Shown here piece by piece: positions 51,384 to 63,686 of a stretch of 64,000 bases of DNA. The position numbers and the translations under genes are program-made. The stretch is taken from contig NC_068988.1 in assembly GCF_001194135.2 (NCBI RefSeq), positions 94,469,057 through 94,533,056 of the forward strand, given 5' to 3'. The stretch's first letter is position 1; every line of letters begins with the position of its first letter. The stretch comes from Octopus bimaculoides. Taxonomy: Eukaryota. The notes beneath the pieces are model-generated. The model did no database searches and had not been told where the DNA came from. It worked only from the letters and a program-made list of their open reading frames with translations.

Positions 51384-52665
51384 TTCTTTGTTAATGTTAT
51401 AATTATGACACCAATTATACTTATAAAAAAAGTATAAGATTCGTTAAAAAAAAGGCAAACAGATAAACAGGATTATTCAAATATGGCGAACCACTGTTAC
51501 AAGCTGTATCTCACTTCGAGTTCATTCAATAAATACCACTAATTGATGATCTCATTTACTGGTTTGATAATCCGAAATTTAACGGCTAGTAATCAGTAAA
51601 GGGTTTAAAGGCAGCAATGTCTATTTTGGTGAAATATTCCTTCAAATCATTCGATGGTTATATCGGTCACTGCGATGACTGTAAGTTTCTCAATTCTTCC
51701 TCTCAGCTTGTCAAAAGCTAGAATAAATATCAGTCGGTTACCGCATGCCATTTATGTATCATATTTCTAATTTAGAACTGATTTTAATTGACCCCAAGAA
51801 ACTATTTCTCATTTTTCACAGCTGAAGTTTATTTAATATTAAGTTTAGTTTTATAATTAGTTGTTGGTAGTCATGGCGAATTTAGTAGTGAAACTGGCCA
51901 CGTCAACTCCGGAATATTTTAATTTTAGAGTAATTTAAAATCAAGTTCATTTGAGACGGAGTGGGGCAGGAGATCTAACAGTGCTACATCCATGTGTCAA
52001 TTTGAAGTGTCACTTTTGACAGCTCCGATTGCAGTACAAAGAGAGTGCAGTACAAGTTAAAAGAGCTCACCAGTCATGACACACGACTACTAAATGTCTG
52101 AGAAATGTGAGCTGATGTCAAATTATTTTAAAATGAGAAAAATTATATAAAAGTCATTAGTTAAATCTAGAAAATAGAAATAGCAAAGCATTGTCTTTGA
52201 ATCGTTCAAAATAAATTTACTTGATTCGGCTTCCGCGGAACTTTGGCCTTTAAAGGTTTCCAGTTTAGGTTATTTGACAAATAATTCAAATTGAATTTTT
52301 TTTATGAGATACAGCTCTTTTTTTTTTTTCGAAAATTGTTTAGTTTATTTATCTTATAATCATGGAAATAGTACATTTGTATCATGATGGTCATATTCGG
52401 GGCGGGACTGAATGTATTAAATGTTTAAACAACTTAGGAATGAAATGTCTCCTTTGAATAAGATGCAGAGATTTAGCCTATACATTCATAATAAGAGGTA
52501 GTTCAATGTCCACGTTAAACGGATGAAATTTAAAATATGAATATTTCGGAAATAAACTTTAAACAATTCTGGCATATAAATATAAATTTTGTTTCACTAA
52601 TTATACACAGTTACAGTACAGATGTATGTGTGCGTGTGTGTGTGTGTGCGTGTGCGCGTAAAATA

Positions 52666-53014
52666 TGTGACACTTATTCGGTAGCCATGATAAAATTCCG
52701 AGTTTCGGATGCCGGGGTGGGAGCCCACGCCAACATCTCTTCAGTAATTTGGCCATTGAAAATTCCTGTGAAAAATGACGGTTTATTCGTCGGATAATGA
52801 CGGATCATACATCGATTATTCTATGAAAAACATACCGATACCATCAAGGGAACTATACTCTTAGAAACGTTTGGAGAAAATTACATACCTCATTAAGCAG
52901 GTCATTTTTCACAGGAATTTTCAATGGCCGGATAACTGAAGAGATGCTGGCGTGAGCTTCCGCACTGGCATCCGAAACTCGGAGTTTTATCATGGCTACC
53001 GAATAAGTGTCACA
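52666..53014. mobile_element. 349-bp MITE / foldback element with 114-bp terminal inverted repeats and TA flanks
   Basis: Arm 52666-52779 (TGTGACACTTATTCGGTAGCCATG...GAAAAATGAC) is the reverse complement of 52901-53014 with roughly a dozen mismatches; 121-bp spacer; TA at 52664-65 and 53015-16. Confidence 0.93.
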
Positions 53015-53112
53015 TATGTTTACAGATAATTCCTCTATTTACATAATATCGACGTCACTTTCTATCATCTGTTGTCCTTCCTATCAATATATATATATAT
53101 ATATATATTTAG

Positions 53113-53205
<93 letters not shown>

Positions 53206-53309
53206 TAGATAGATTCAAAAAGGGATAAAAATCTTTTACAAGAATTTTATCAGGAAGCCAGTGTGTAAAAAAATTCATAAGGGAAATTTCTATCTTGTAA
53301 AAGATGTTT

Positions 53310-54235
53310 ATATGGGAGACATTAATTCTCAGCAAAGTCCCTCAAGGGCCAATACTGTTTGTGGTGGCTCTCTCAGATATGCCTTCAACCATAAAGTCAT
53401 CCACTCTTACTTGCTATGTTAATGATATGCAAGTGTCACGGGCAATCGAAGACCCTGATGACATCCGAACACTGAAGAAAGATTCGAATGCAATATACAA
53501 GCGGGATGGTGAATGTAACATGCAGTTCAAGGTTAAGAAGTTTTAAGCACTGTAATATTGGACCCCAAAACAAACTAGAATCGGGATGCATAGGCTCAGA
53601 GGATTGTGCAAACCAAGAGTCAGTCAGAGTCGGTGCGTGACCTGGGAGTTCACATGAGTAATGGTGCAACACTCCAAATGCATATTTTCAAGAAAGCATC
53701 CCCGCCTATGGTTACCACGGAGCGTCGAACTGATGACGGAACTCGAGGCAATCCAGCGTCACGACAGTAAGAAGACTGATCAGGTGCAACAGACGAGCTA
53801 CCGGAGAGGCCAGGAGAACTTAAGTTCTACTTTCAAGAGAGATGTGGGTGAATGATAGGCAAAAATATACATAAGGAAGATTATGAAAAGCCTAGCTCCC
53901 AGGTTGAGAACTGAAAGCTGAACCAACCACCGAAATGAACGGAACTGCATATTACAAAAGACTCCGTTTTTTTTCCATCTAGAATAAAGGCACAGTACTG
54001 TAATAGTTTGAGTTTCAGAGATCCGCGACTATTCTAAATTCTGTCAAAGAGCCTCAAAAATACGTGAGGTGTAGATATGGAGGTCTTCAAATAATGTCTG
54101 GATAAAGTTTTATGAGAGATACCATATAAACCTACATCGCAGAAGGAGACAGAAAGAAGGACAGCTCCGTCCAACTCGCTACTTCACCAGAAGCAATACA
54201 GAAAAGAAACCAATCACAATAAAAGGCGATACTCC
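53310..54235 (+). mobile_element. Decayed CR1/L2-group LINE, reverse transcriptase C-terminal half and 3' region
   Basis: SKVPQGPILFVVALSDMPSTIKSSTLTCYVNDMQVSRAIEDPDDIRTLKKDSNAIYKRDGECNMQFKVKKF corresponds to GVPQGSxLGPxLF...NDLP...YADD...LQxDL...NMxFNxxK; multiple stops and frameshifts; boundaries approximate. Confidence 0.85.
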
Positions 54236-54353
54236 TGCATGCCCTCAGCCTCTGGTTGAAGCCAACAGATCGATAAAGCAATACGCATTCATATTTCTAC
54301 TGTTATGCGTACTCACACACATATATCTACGCGTCTATTTGTGTGCGCGTATT

Positions 54354-54560
54354 CATACATGGTGGTTGTCTACTCCTTAAACAGAGTTTGACCACCTCCT
54401 GCACCTACACCTTAGCCCTTTCATGGCGTCTGATGTGGCTTTTTAAACCAGACAGTGTTTTGAAAAAACACCCACACAGATTGCACCTCTGATTTGCACT
54501 ACCAATACCTGCAAGTAAGTTCTGCTCATTGTGGATCCTAACATGTCTTTTAAGACCCCC
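54354..54560 (-). mobile_element. 3' end of a probable RTE-type LINE with terminal C2H2 zinc fingers (coding 54405-54560)
   Basis: GGLKRHVRIHNEQNLLAGIGSANQRCNLCGCFFKTLSGLKSHIRRHERAKV*: one half and one full C2H2 finger without TGEKP linker, about 45-nt 3' UTR, (ATGT)n at both ends. Clade assignment is from memory. Confidence 0.6.
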
Positions 54561-55010
54561 ATACATACATACATACATACATACATACATACATACATAC
54601 ATACATACATACATACATACATGTACATATATTTGTATGTATGTATGTATGTATATTATACAGAAGTTATAATTTCTATATGAAAGAAAAAAAGGCATTC
54701 AATTTGTGTGCAGTTTATTCATATAGTTATTAGTTGGAAAAACATTTTTAATTAAAAATGTTTGAATTTATTTAAGGCGGAGCCGCAGCATTGACGCACC
54801 TTTTGGCTGAGACCAGCAATATGTGTCTGTGTGTCTGTGTGTCTGTGTGTCTGTGTGTGTGTGTCTGGGTCTGCATGCGTGTATATGTATGTATTCGTAT
54901 ATACATAAACATATGTACAGAGAAAGATAAAGACAGAGGGAGTAACTAAATAGATTAATGATTAGACACTATGACAGACAGAGGGACAGACAGAGAGACA
55001 GACAGACACG

Positions 55011-55070
<60 letters not shown>

Positions 55071-56051
55071 AGCTCTTTCAAGAACAAGATATGAACATTG
55101 TCTATATTTGAAAAGGCCACAGTGTGTATGGTGGAAGAATGTTGTGGAATATACAAGTAATCTGTGAACAACTTTGATAGGCAGGTTTTTTTAAAACCTT
55201 TTCTTAGAAATCTTTTATCTTAATACGTCTACTTTGCTGATAATATCGACTTTTACAAGCTTTCTTCTTCTTTTCTTTCTTCTTCGCCTCTTTCTCCTCC
55301 TTGTTCTTTCTTTTCTTCTTTACCAATTTTCTTATCATTGTCATCTTCTCTGTACTCGAGTAGTTTTACTTGATTTCTTGTTTTTCTTTTTCATTTTTAT
55401 TTATTTGATGAGGTATTTATCCCCTTTCTAGAATTTTATATCTTAAATCATGTATTTTTGCATTTTATATTGCTGTTGTTTTCCTTGTTGCTGATATTGT
55501 TGTTGTTGTTGTTCTTCTTCTTCTTCTTATTCTTCAGCTCTGAAGATTTGTTTTTCTTGTAGCTTACATGTGATTCGAGTCTTTTGATCAAACACCGACA
55601 CGTTCAATTTTTTTCGTTATATTTTACTTTTAATGTTTGTATTTTAAAACTCTGTTCTATATTTTTTCTGTTAAAAGTTTATTTTAATCACTTTTCTGAT
55701 CAATAATCAGTTTAAATTTTAGAACTATTTGGAATGCACTTCAGGTTTTTGTTATTGTTGTTATTGTTGTTTTTGTTTGTATTTATTTTTTCTATGTTTT
55801 TATTTTTGGTTTTGTTTTATTTATTTATTTTTTTTGTTCAGAATTACTTTCCATTTTTCATTCTTTCTTAGCTTTGCTTCTTTCCGTCTTTCTTTCCTAT
55901 TTTACTCTATACATAATCACATTTTAAATGCACGTTTTCTGTTTCAAAGATCTGAAGTTTCTTTCCCTATTTATTGGAGACGACGCAACGCTACATCATT
56001 AAACTTCATACTGTTATTTCAGGTTTAATTACTACAGCTTAAACAGTTCAG

Positions 56052-56056
56052 ATTAA

Positions 56057-56107
<51 letters not shown>

Positions 56108-56111
56108 GTGG

Positions 56112-56161
<50 letters not shown>

Positions 56162-56172
56162 GTGATGATGAT
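56052..56172. repeat. (GAT)n microsatellite
   Basis: Directly visible; source of the poly-H ORF. Confidence 0.95.
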
Positions 56173-56380
56173 TATAAGGCAACAATAAATGAATAAGTAT
56201 GTGAAAATTAAATATAAAAGCTCTCTTATGATGGTAACAGTGTGTGTTAGCTAAGAAGAATCGGTACAACTTTACATAAACTCTTTAAAATTTGTCTAAC
56301 AAATTTTATTTCAGAATGCATAAGAAAACTAATTAAGATTTATACAGCGAAAATTAAAAAGTCGAGCCTTCTAATCAAGC

Positions 56381-56447
<67 letters not shown>

Positions 56448-58014
56448 GCTGTTGTTGTTGTTGTTGTTGTTATTAGTAGTAGTAGTAGTCGTTTTAGTAC
56501 TACTTGTATAGAATCTGCTGTAACTAAGACAAATTTCCTGTTATTGTGTATGTTATGTTTGAAACAATTTTATTTTTCGTTGAACGACATTCTGTATACA
56601 TTAAATTAAACGTAAAAGTTTTGAAAAATAAATATATAAAAAAAGCGATAACAAGTGTAAAATAGAAAAATAAAATGAATAAATTCAAAAATATAAATGG
56701 TATTATTTTTCAGCAAGTATTTCTTTTAAATTTGTTCCAAATTTCCAACTGTCTATGAACTCTCACTCTTTGTGTAAATTTCGTTTTACTGTCTTTGTTG
56801 TAGCCTATTTCCTTGAATGCCTGTTCTAAGCTTGCTGCCTGCATCTCACATCTCTGACCTCTGCTTATAATCACTCTAGCTTGGCCATTCCAACATGACA
56901 TTTCTACAAACATCATCTGCATTAATCGATTGTGTAAATGGAAAATATGTGTCAACCGTTGGCAGCCAGAAGATCTTTGCTGCTGACAACACCATGACAC
57001 TGCTGGTGCCTATTATCCAGAACCATCTCAGACACAATAATATCGTACATCGATTCCAATCACTAAATTAAAAAGCACCATTACGTTTGCTTTGTATTTT
57101 TCTTGTTTTAATGGAATATGCTAATGTTTTTATTTATATATTTTTAATTTACTAAATTCATTACGCAGTTTCTGATTTTCTTTGTAACAAACGATATGTT
57201 TTCTAGTTTATAAATGCCCATATAAGGAGAGAGTGAAAGTAATGAACGTGTTAGTGATTTTGAAAAATTATTTGAAACAAGTGTTTGAATGTTCAGATTT
57301 ATTCTCAAATATTTAGTTTATTAAAATATCTGCAACGTTAATTTACAGTATTTTGCGCTAGATATAAAATTATCTCTGTATATAGTTTATCAAATTTACT
57401 AACATATACATTAGCAGCAAACAAAATTAGCCTAATATATGTTGACAATAATCAAATTAATCTGTAACGCTAATAAGTCATCTTTATTAGAATAACTATG
57501 AATATAAATAACAAGTGACCATTATTAATATTAAACAAACCTGATTTGAGAATAAATAGCTTAAAGTCGCCATAAAAGCATGAGCAACGCCATATTTGGT
57601 TAGTTTGTATTTAGAACGTGGCAATAATGTAAATATGTTTTCGGTAGATAGCGTAAATATGTCTTCTGCAAATAGTATAACTCAAATACTAATCCACGTA
57701 TAATAGCTAATAATACATAGAGTTAATAAACCTTTGGCTGGAAAAATGGCGGAAACTAACTGCAGGACTCAAACCACGCAAATCCTGTAGCCTCGACTAG
57801 TGTTACTATTACACTACAATAGTTTCCCATTTTCATATATCCAAGTAAAGAAGTATCTTTTTTTCTTCTGTTAAAATGTAGAAACAGTTGCATAGTTCTA
57901 GTTTCCAAGGTATCTTGTCTCACCTTCTTTTATTCACGGATTTTATTTTTATTATCTACATCAGGACCAGCAACTAAGAAACATCGTTTATAGATGACTC
58001 ACTATTTTTAAGCT

Positions 58015-58234
58015 AAGGCGGTGAGCTGGCAGAAACGTTAGCACGCCGGGCGAAATGCATAGCGGTATTTCGTCTGTCTTTACATTATGAGTTCAAGTTC
58101 CGCTGAGGTCGACTTTGCCTTTCATCCTTTCGGGGTCGATTAAATAAGTACCAGTTGCGTACTGGCGTCGATCTAATCGACTAGCCCCCTCCCCCAAAAT
58201 TTCGGGCCTTGTGCCTAGAGTAAAAGAGATTATT
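58015..58234 (+). mobile_element. SINE family A, well-preserved full-length copy
   Basis: GGTGAGCTGGCAGAAACGTTAGCACGCCGGGCGAAATG...GAGTTCAAGTTCCGC...GGGCCTTGTGCCTAGAGTAAAAG. Confidence 0.92.
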
Positions 58235-58361
58235 TTTGAGGCAATTTTGAAACAGAAAGCTCTAAGAAGCTATATAGAATAACTTATACGGTAAAGCCAA
58301 ACTAAATGATAGTCTTCGGCTAATACTCCTTGTGTTATAAATGTTAGGAGTAACAATATAA

Positions 58362-58571
58362 ATTGGTTTCAACTTTTGACACAAGGCCAGCAATTTCGGG
58401 AAGGGGCTAAATCAATTAGAACAACCCCAGTGTACAGCTGGTACATACATTATGGACCCCGAAAGGATGAATGTTGACCTCGACGGAATTTCGACTCGGA
58501 AGATATAGACGAATAAAATACTGCTAACTATTGTTCCCAGCGTGCTAACGACTCTGCCAGGACTCGACGCC
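58362..58571 (-). mobile_element. SINE family A, diverged full copy
   Basis: ATTGGTTTCAACTTTTGACACAAGGCCAGCAATTTCGG tail; GACCCCGAAAGGATGAA core; GCGTGCTAACGACTCTGCCAG head. Confidence 0.85.
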
Positions 58572-58593
58572 CTGAAATCATATTTAATATTAG

Positions 58594-58639
58594 ACAATAT
58601 TAAACAATATTAAACAATATTAAACAATATTAAACAATA
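58594..58639. repeat. 10-bp tandem (ACAATATTAA)x4.5
   Basis: Directly visible. Confidence 0.9.
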
Positions 58640-58661
58640 AGCTATATTCAAAGTAATTTCA

Positions 58662-58879
58662 GGGCAGGGAGCTGGCAGAGTATTATTACAACGGACAAAA
58701 TGCCACGCAGTATTTCGTGTGTCCTTATGTCTCGAGTTCAAATTCACTCGACGTCGACTTTAACTTTTATCCTTTCGGGGTCGATAAAATAGGTATCCGT
58801 CGATCAGTGTGGGTCAGTGTAATCTACCTACCCTTTTGCCGAACCTGCTGGCCTTGTTTCAAAATTTGAAACCAATAAT
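58662..58879 (+). mobile_element. SINE family A, diverged full copy
   Basis: GAGCTGGCAGAG head, GAGTTCAAATTC B box, TATCCTTTCGGGGTCGATAAAATA core, GGCCTTGTTTCAAAATTTGAAACCAAT tail. Confidence 0.85.
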
Positions 58880-59008
58880 AAATATCATATTATAAAGAAA
58901 CGATGTAATGAAGGTCAGTATTTAGGGGTACTATTGTTTCGACACCCCCAGGCGAAGAAGTAGGATCTCCCAAGACATAAATAGAGGTAATCTGGCCGTC
59001 GTGTGTGT

Positions 59009-59061
59009 GTTGAGTAGCAGTTGAGTAGCAGTCGAGTAGCAGTTGTGTAGTGGTTGAGTAG
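59009..59061. repeat. 11-bp tandem (GTTGAGTAGCA)x5
   Basis: Five diverging units. Confidence 0.85.
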
Positions 59062-60200
59062 AGATCATCCAAGTGTGCTAGATAGCAGTCGCTTGAGACA
59101 TAACAGGTATTAATATTTTTTTGTTTTAATAAAAAATAAAATTGAATCTACGTTGACAATAAATAAGAATTATATCCAGAATAGCATATAAACAGTGTTG
59201 TTACTAATGCATTTGTCTGTTATGTTGTGGTACCAAACTGAATGTATGTTCATCGACTGACAATCAATGTCATTTCTTAATTTATTTCAGCAATGTCTGT
59301 TGACGGTAGTTTTGTTGCCATTTTACATAAGTAAATTCTATTGATATTGATAAGCTATTTAAATGCTAATTCAAGAAAATTTGTTTTGAACTAATTAATC
59401 ATGATCTATGGTCTCATTAATTTTGTGCGTAATAAATATTATTGGAACTAATTTGTGTTCAGAACGACAATAACAACAATAGCAAATATAAACTAATGAG
59501 GTTTTACAGAGTGAAGCCCACCTCTCATTTCTTAGATTAGAAGCTTAGTTTCCAATTTGATTGCACCATCACATGTTTTGACCAGTTTCACCCACCCCGC
59601 TCTAAGGGGTTCTCAGGGTTTGGTTGGGTTCCTTAATCTCTTCCTTCTTTATATCACCACACCGACAGTCTCCCACTTTTGTGTAGATGGTGTGATCCTT
59701 CGTTCCTCCGTAACTTACCGTACGGTCACGCTTTACCCATATGGAAACTAGATGCTTCACGCAATAACTTTGATTCCCAAAACTTCGAAACTAAAACCCC
59801 ACCCCAAAANNNNNNNNNNNNNNNNNNNNNNNNNNNNNNNNNNNNNNNNNNNNNNNNNNNNNNNNNNNNNNNNNNNNNNNNNNNNNNNNNNNNNNNNNNN
59901 NNNNNNNNNNNNNNNNNNNNNNNNNNNNNNNNNNNNNNNNNNNNNNNNNNNNNNNNNNNNNNNNNNNNNNNNNGCAATGAAAATCATTCAAAGACTTCTA
60001 TCAAGGAACCCCCGCTCTATCGCACTCGACTAACCATGAGCCCCATTCAGCTTTAGCTTTCACAGTTACCCCAAATTCTAAACCTCATTCTGCAAGCTGG
60101 CAGATTTGATAGCTTGATACCGTAGGCTGCGGGCCGTAAGTCCACTACGCATGCAAGACTCCAGCAGTTCCAAGAGAACCTGAGATAAAAAGAAATGATG

Positions 60201-60264
<64 letters not shown>

Positions 60265-60266
<2 letters not shown>

Positions 60267-60465
60267 TTTCCACAAGGACAGCTTGGGGAAGGGAATTAAG
60301 TAGATTACATCGACCCCAGTGCGCAACTGGTACTTATTTAATCGACTCCGAAAGGATAAAAGGCAAAATCGACCTCTGCAGAATTTGAACTCAGAACGTA
60401 ACGACGGGCGAAATACCGCTAAAGCATTTCGACCGGCGTGCTAATGATTCGGCCAGCTCGCCGGC
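60265..60465 (-). mobile_element. SINE family A full copy between two (TAA)n tracts
   Basis: ATCGACCCCAGTGCGCAACTGGTAC core, GAATTTGAACTCAGAACGTAAC, GCCAGCTCGCC head. Confidence 0.9.
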
Positions 60466-60489
60466 ATCAGTAACAACAACAACAACAAC

Positions 60490-60575
<86 letters not shown>

Positions 60576-61823
60576 TAATAATAATAATAATAATGGCCTT
60601 GGATCGTTTTCTATGTACATACTGGTCAACCCTTTATTACTGAATTCTATTTTTGTTAGTTTCGTTTGTAAGATGAGAACCATGAAATTGGTTCGAAGGA
60701 CGTTTGGTTGTCTCTACACATTTACCGACCATTCCCTCCACAGGTGATCTTAGTTTTAGAGAAAGTTCAACGGCTCATTAATGTTCTGGCCACGTCTTGA
60801 CTCCCCGTAGCCTTTGTGTCAAGTTTATAAACGGTTGTGTCTGGAAGAAACAATTTCTGGATAAGCTACGTAAAGTGGAATACAATGAACGAATAACGGA
60901 CTGACCACAATCAGTTAATATAAATAGCTACGAAATGTCTTTTTGTTTATTTATTTAATTATTTATTTAATCGGATAGCTCTGAATTAGATAATGTGTTA
61001 ATGTAAATCTAAGATTAGTCTATTTGGCATATGAAAGGAACGACAGATGATATCGGATGAATGAAGTAAAATAGGAGAGAAGAACTTAATTCATCGCATT
61101 TAATAAAATGTATATATTCAATAGGAAAAAGTGACGAACTATATTTGACATGGGAATATAATATAACAAAAATTATATGTTTGTAGAAATTACACATGAC
61201 AAATACATGTCAATAGATAGGTACAAGCGACGGCGCTTGTGCGTCTGTTCAGGTATCAGGGTTGGGAGTACGCAACTGTATATTTAGAAGAGAACTGTTT
61301 AGAAAAATATAGAAGCTAGCATGATGTCGTTTGTAATCTTCTTGTTTAATGTATAGCCTTTGTACATAATGCTACAAAGGAACCCAATCCGTAAAGGGGT
61401 AGCTAGTTGTTGCTGTTACATTGAGGAAATATGGCGGAGTGTCATTTATAGATCACCTGAGTTTTCTTGATGTCGAGCCAATTTTTTTTTATATGCGGTA
61501 ATGGCTGTCAAAGTGATGGCTTGTTGAACTTCCGGAGTGTGAGCTAATAGCGCGCATTTGTTAGCATATTGCTGTTCAATGGACTATTCAGATCTCACTT
61601 TCGAAGTTGAAAAAGTCCCTGTTGAATCGGTAGTTCTTCAAAGCTCACGCTTACGTCTGCATATTCTGCGCATCAGTGTGGTTATACAGACCAGAAATAT
61701 ATTAAACAGAACACAGATTGACCTTAAACTGCGTGGCACATCTGCACTAAGTTATGACGTTTTCACTCATTCCCGTTATTTATAGAAGTACTTGGAAGTA
61801 AAGTCTACAGAGTGTGGTCGTCT

Positions 61824-62216
61824 CAAAAAGAAGATCATGTTTTAACTGCGCAGGATGTCTTTGATTGTGCCGAGGAAGAGAAAAACCTTTTTGAAAACCT
61901 TTTGAAAACGGTCATAACAAGTTTCAAGTCGTGGGTCTATAGCTATGACGCCCGAAACCAAAGCTCAGTCTTCGCAGTGGAAGACCACTAAAAGATTTCA
62001 AGACGTTCAGGAAATCCAAGAAAATGCGGCGAGGTATCTACTCGCTATCGCAAAGAAGGAGTTCCAGAAATGCTTTTGTCAATGGAAAGGACGCTGGATA
62101 AAATGTATGGCTTCAGAAGTGGACTACATCAGAGAAGATTAAATGATGACTTGATATGTGTTGCAACTTTTCTTTTTTAAAGCACCACATCCGAAACCTG
62201 TTGATGAAACTTCGGA
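61824..62216 (+). mobile_element. Internally deleted mariner (irritans-like) transposase pseudogene
   Basis: QKEDHVLTAQDVFDCAEEEK...LLKTVITSFKSWVYSYD (+1 frameshift) PETKAQSSQWKT joined directly to C-terminal KRFQDVQEIQENAARYLLAIAKKEFQKCFCQWKGRWIKCMASEVDYIRED*; degenerate TIR-like end near 62190-62216. Confidence 0.88.
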
Positions 62217-62323
62217 CATTTTCAAGACGGAAAATAAAACCAGAAAAAAATCCTTCATCAGTGTTGGTATAAGCTGTTATAGGTTGTAAAGTAAGAAAAA
62301 ATATCGCTAATATATATACTAAA

Positions 62324-62570
62324 GTGGAGGCGTGTGGCGTAGGGGTTCGGGTGTTGGACTCATGATTGTAAGATTGTGGTTTCGATTCCTGGAGTGGGCG
62401 ACTGGTTGCGTTGTTGAGCAAAACACATCATTTCATGTTGCACCAGTCCACTCAGCTGGTAAACATGGGTAATCCTGCGACGGATCGGCGTCCCGTCCAG
62501 GCATTGAAACAGGCATTGAAACAGGGAAACCGCCCTCTTGAGCCTGGCATGGCTCGAAAAGGAGACGTCT
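62324..62570 (+). mobile_element. tRNA-derived SINE, family C variant
   Basis: GGAGGCGTGTGGCGTAGGGGTTCGG head, GGTTTCGATTCC B box, TTGAGCAAAACAC and CCAGTCCACTCAGCTGG core. Confidence 0.85.
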
Positions 62571-62869
62571 ATTATTTTATATACTAAATGTTTATTGTTA
62601 GACGAGCAGCTGTAACAGAACTGCCCTGCAAGCGTACGCAAAGATGATATATCTAAAAATCATTACGAACCAAGATTCCCCGTAAGATGTATAAACAGGT
62701 TGTTCACCGATCCAAGGAGATGATTATTCCTGATATGTTCATGAAGGCTACTAAGTTTCCAGAAAGATCCAATATCTGGAAGTAACTATCTTTTGACTTG
62801 ATCAGATTTTTGCTTCATATAAGTGTGTGCGTGTATATGTGTGTGTGTGTGTGCGTGCGTGTGTGTATG

Positions 62870-62900
<31 letters not shown>

Positions 62901-62983
62901 GTTTGGATATACGTATACATATATATATATATGTGTGTGTGTGTATATATGCGCGTGTGTGTGTATTTATGTATATCTATATC

Positions 62984-63040
<57 letters not shown>

Positions 63041-63232
63041 ATGTACATACGCATATATGTATGTGTGTGTGCGTGCGTGAGTGTGGGCGTGTGCGCGTGT
63101 ATGCGTGTTTGCACGTGTTTATACAGGTTGAGATTTTTAGGATTTTCACTGATAATTTGTGGCAACTTGTATCGTCATGTTATATCAGGATTTTGATACA
63201 ACTTGTTGTCCAATCGTTGCTGAATTGTCTAT

Positions 63233-63350
63233 TCGACTTCATCCTTTCAGGGTCGATAAATTAAGTACCAGTTGCGCAGTGGGGTCGATTTAATCGACTG
63301 GCCCCTCCCCCAAAATTTGGGGCTTTGTGCCTAGAGTACAAAAGAATATT
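63233..63350 (+). mobile_element. SINE family A 3' half
   Basis: TTCATCCTTTCAGGGTCGATAAATTAAGTACCAGTTGCGCAGTGGGGTCGAT...GGCTTTGTGCCTAGAGTAC. Confidence 0.88.
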
Positions 63351-63635
63351 GTATTTACGGTATAAGTTATATTTTAATAACTTCTTCTGCGCAGCACCTT
63401 AAAATATAAGTTGGTAGTGATATTAGAGTGTTGGACGTCAGGTGTTTAATGTAGTTGTTAAAGACGTCATTAGTTCAAACCTTGAGTAAGCTAACTATAT
63501 GTGGATATATATAAAAATGTATATATAAAAATGGAATGTAAATAATAAGAAATATCTTATATTACATGCAGTAGAATGAATACGATGGGGATATAAAGAA
63601 AACAATGATGGGGGCATGAGTGTAAAACGACCGAA

Positions 63636-63686
<51 letters not shown>

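Noticed and set aside
54405-54698. Host C2H2 zinc-finger gene of the octopus expansion
   Set aside because: No TGEKP linkers, start lies in a microsatellite, and the architecture fits a LINE 3' end.
58906-59193. Solo LTR (TGTAATG start, TATA-like box, AATAAA, CA end)
   Set aside because: No matching target-site duplication at any candidate CA end.
35030-60600. Idea that family A SINEs use the Dong-like machinery because several abut TAA repeats (35045, 60265-60465)
   Set aside because: On their sense strands the SINEs sit in (TTA)n whereas the Dong-like copy sits in (TAA)n, and their tails do not match its 3' UTR.
62215-62275. Minus-strand CTGATGAAGG...GAAA hammerhead-like string
   Set aside because: Stem II is not adjacent to GAAA and stem I does not pair.
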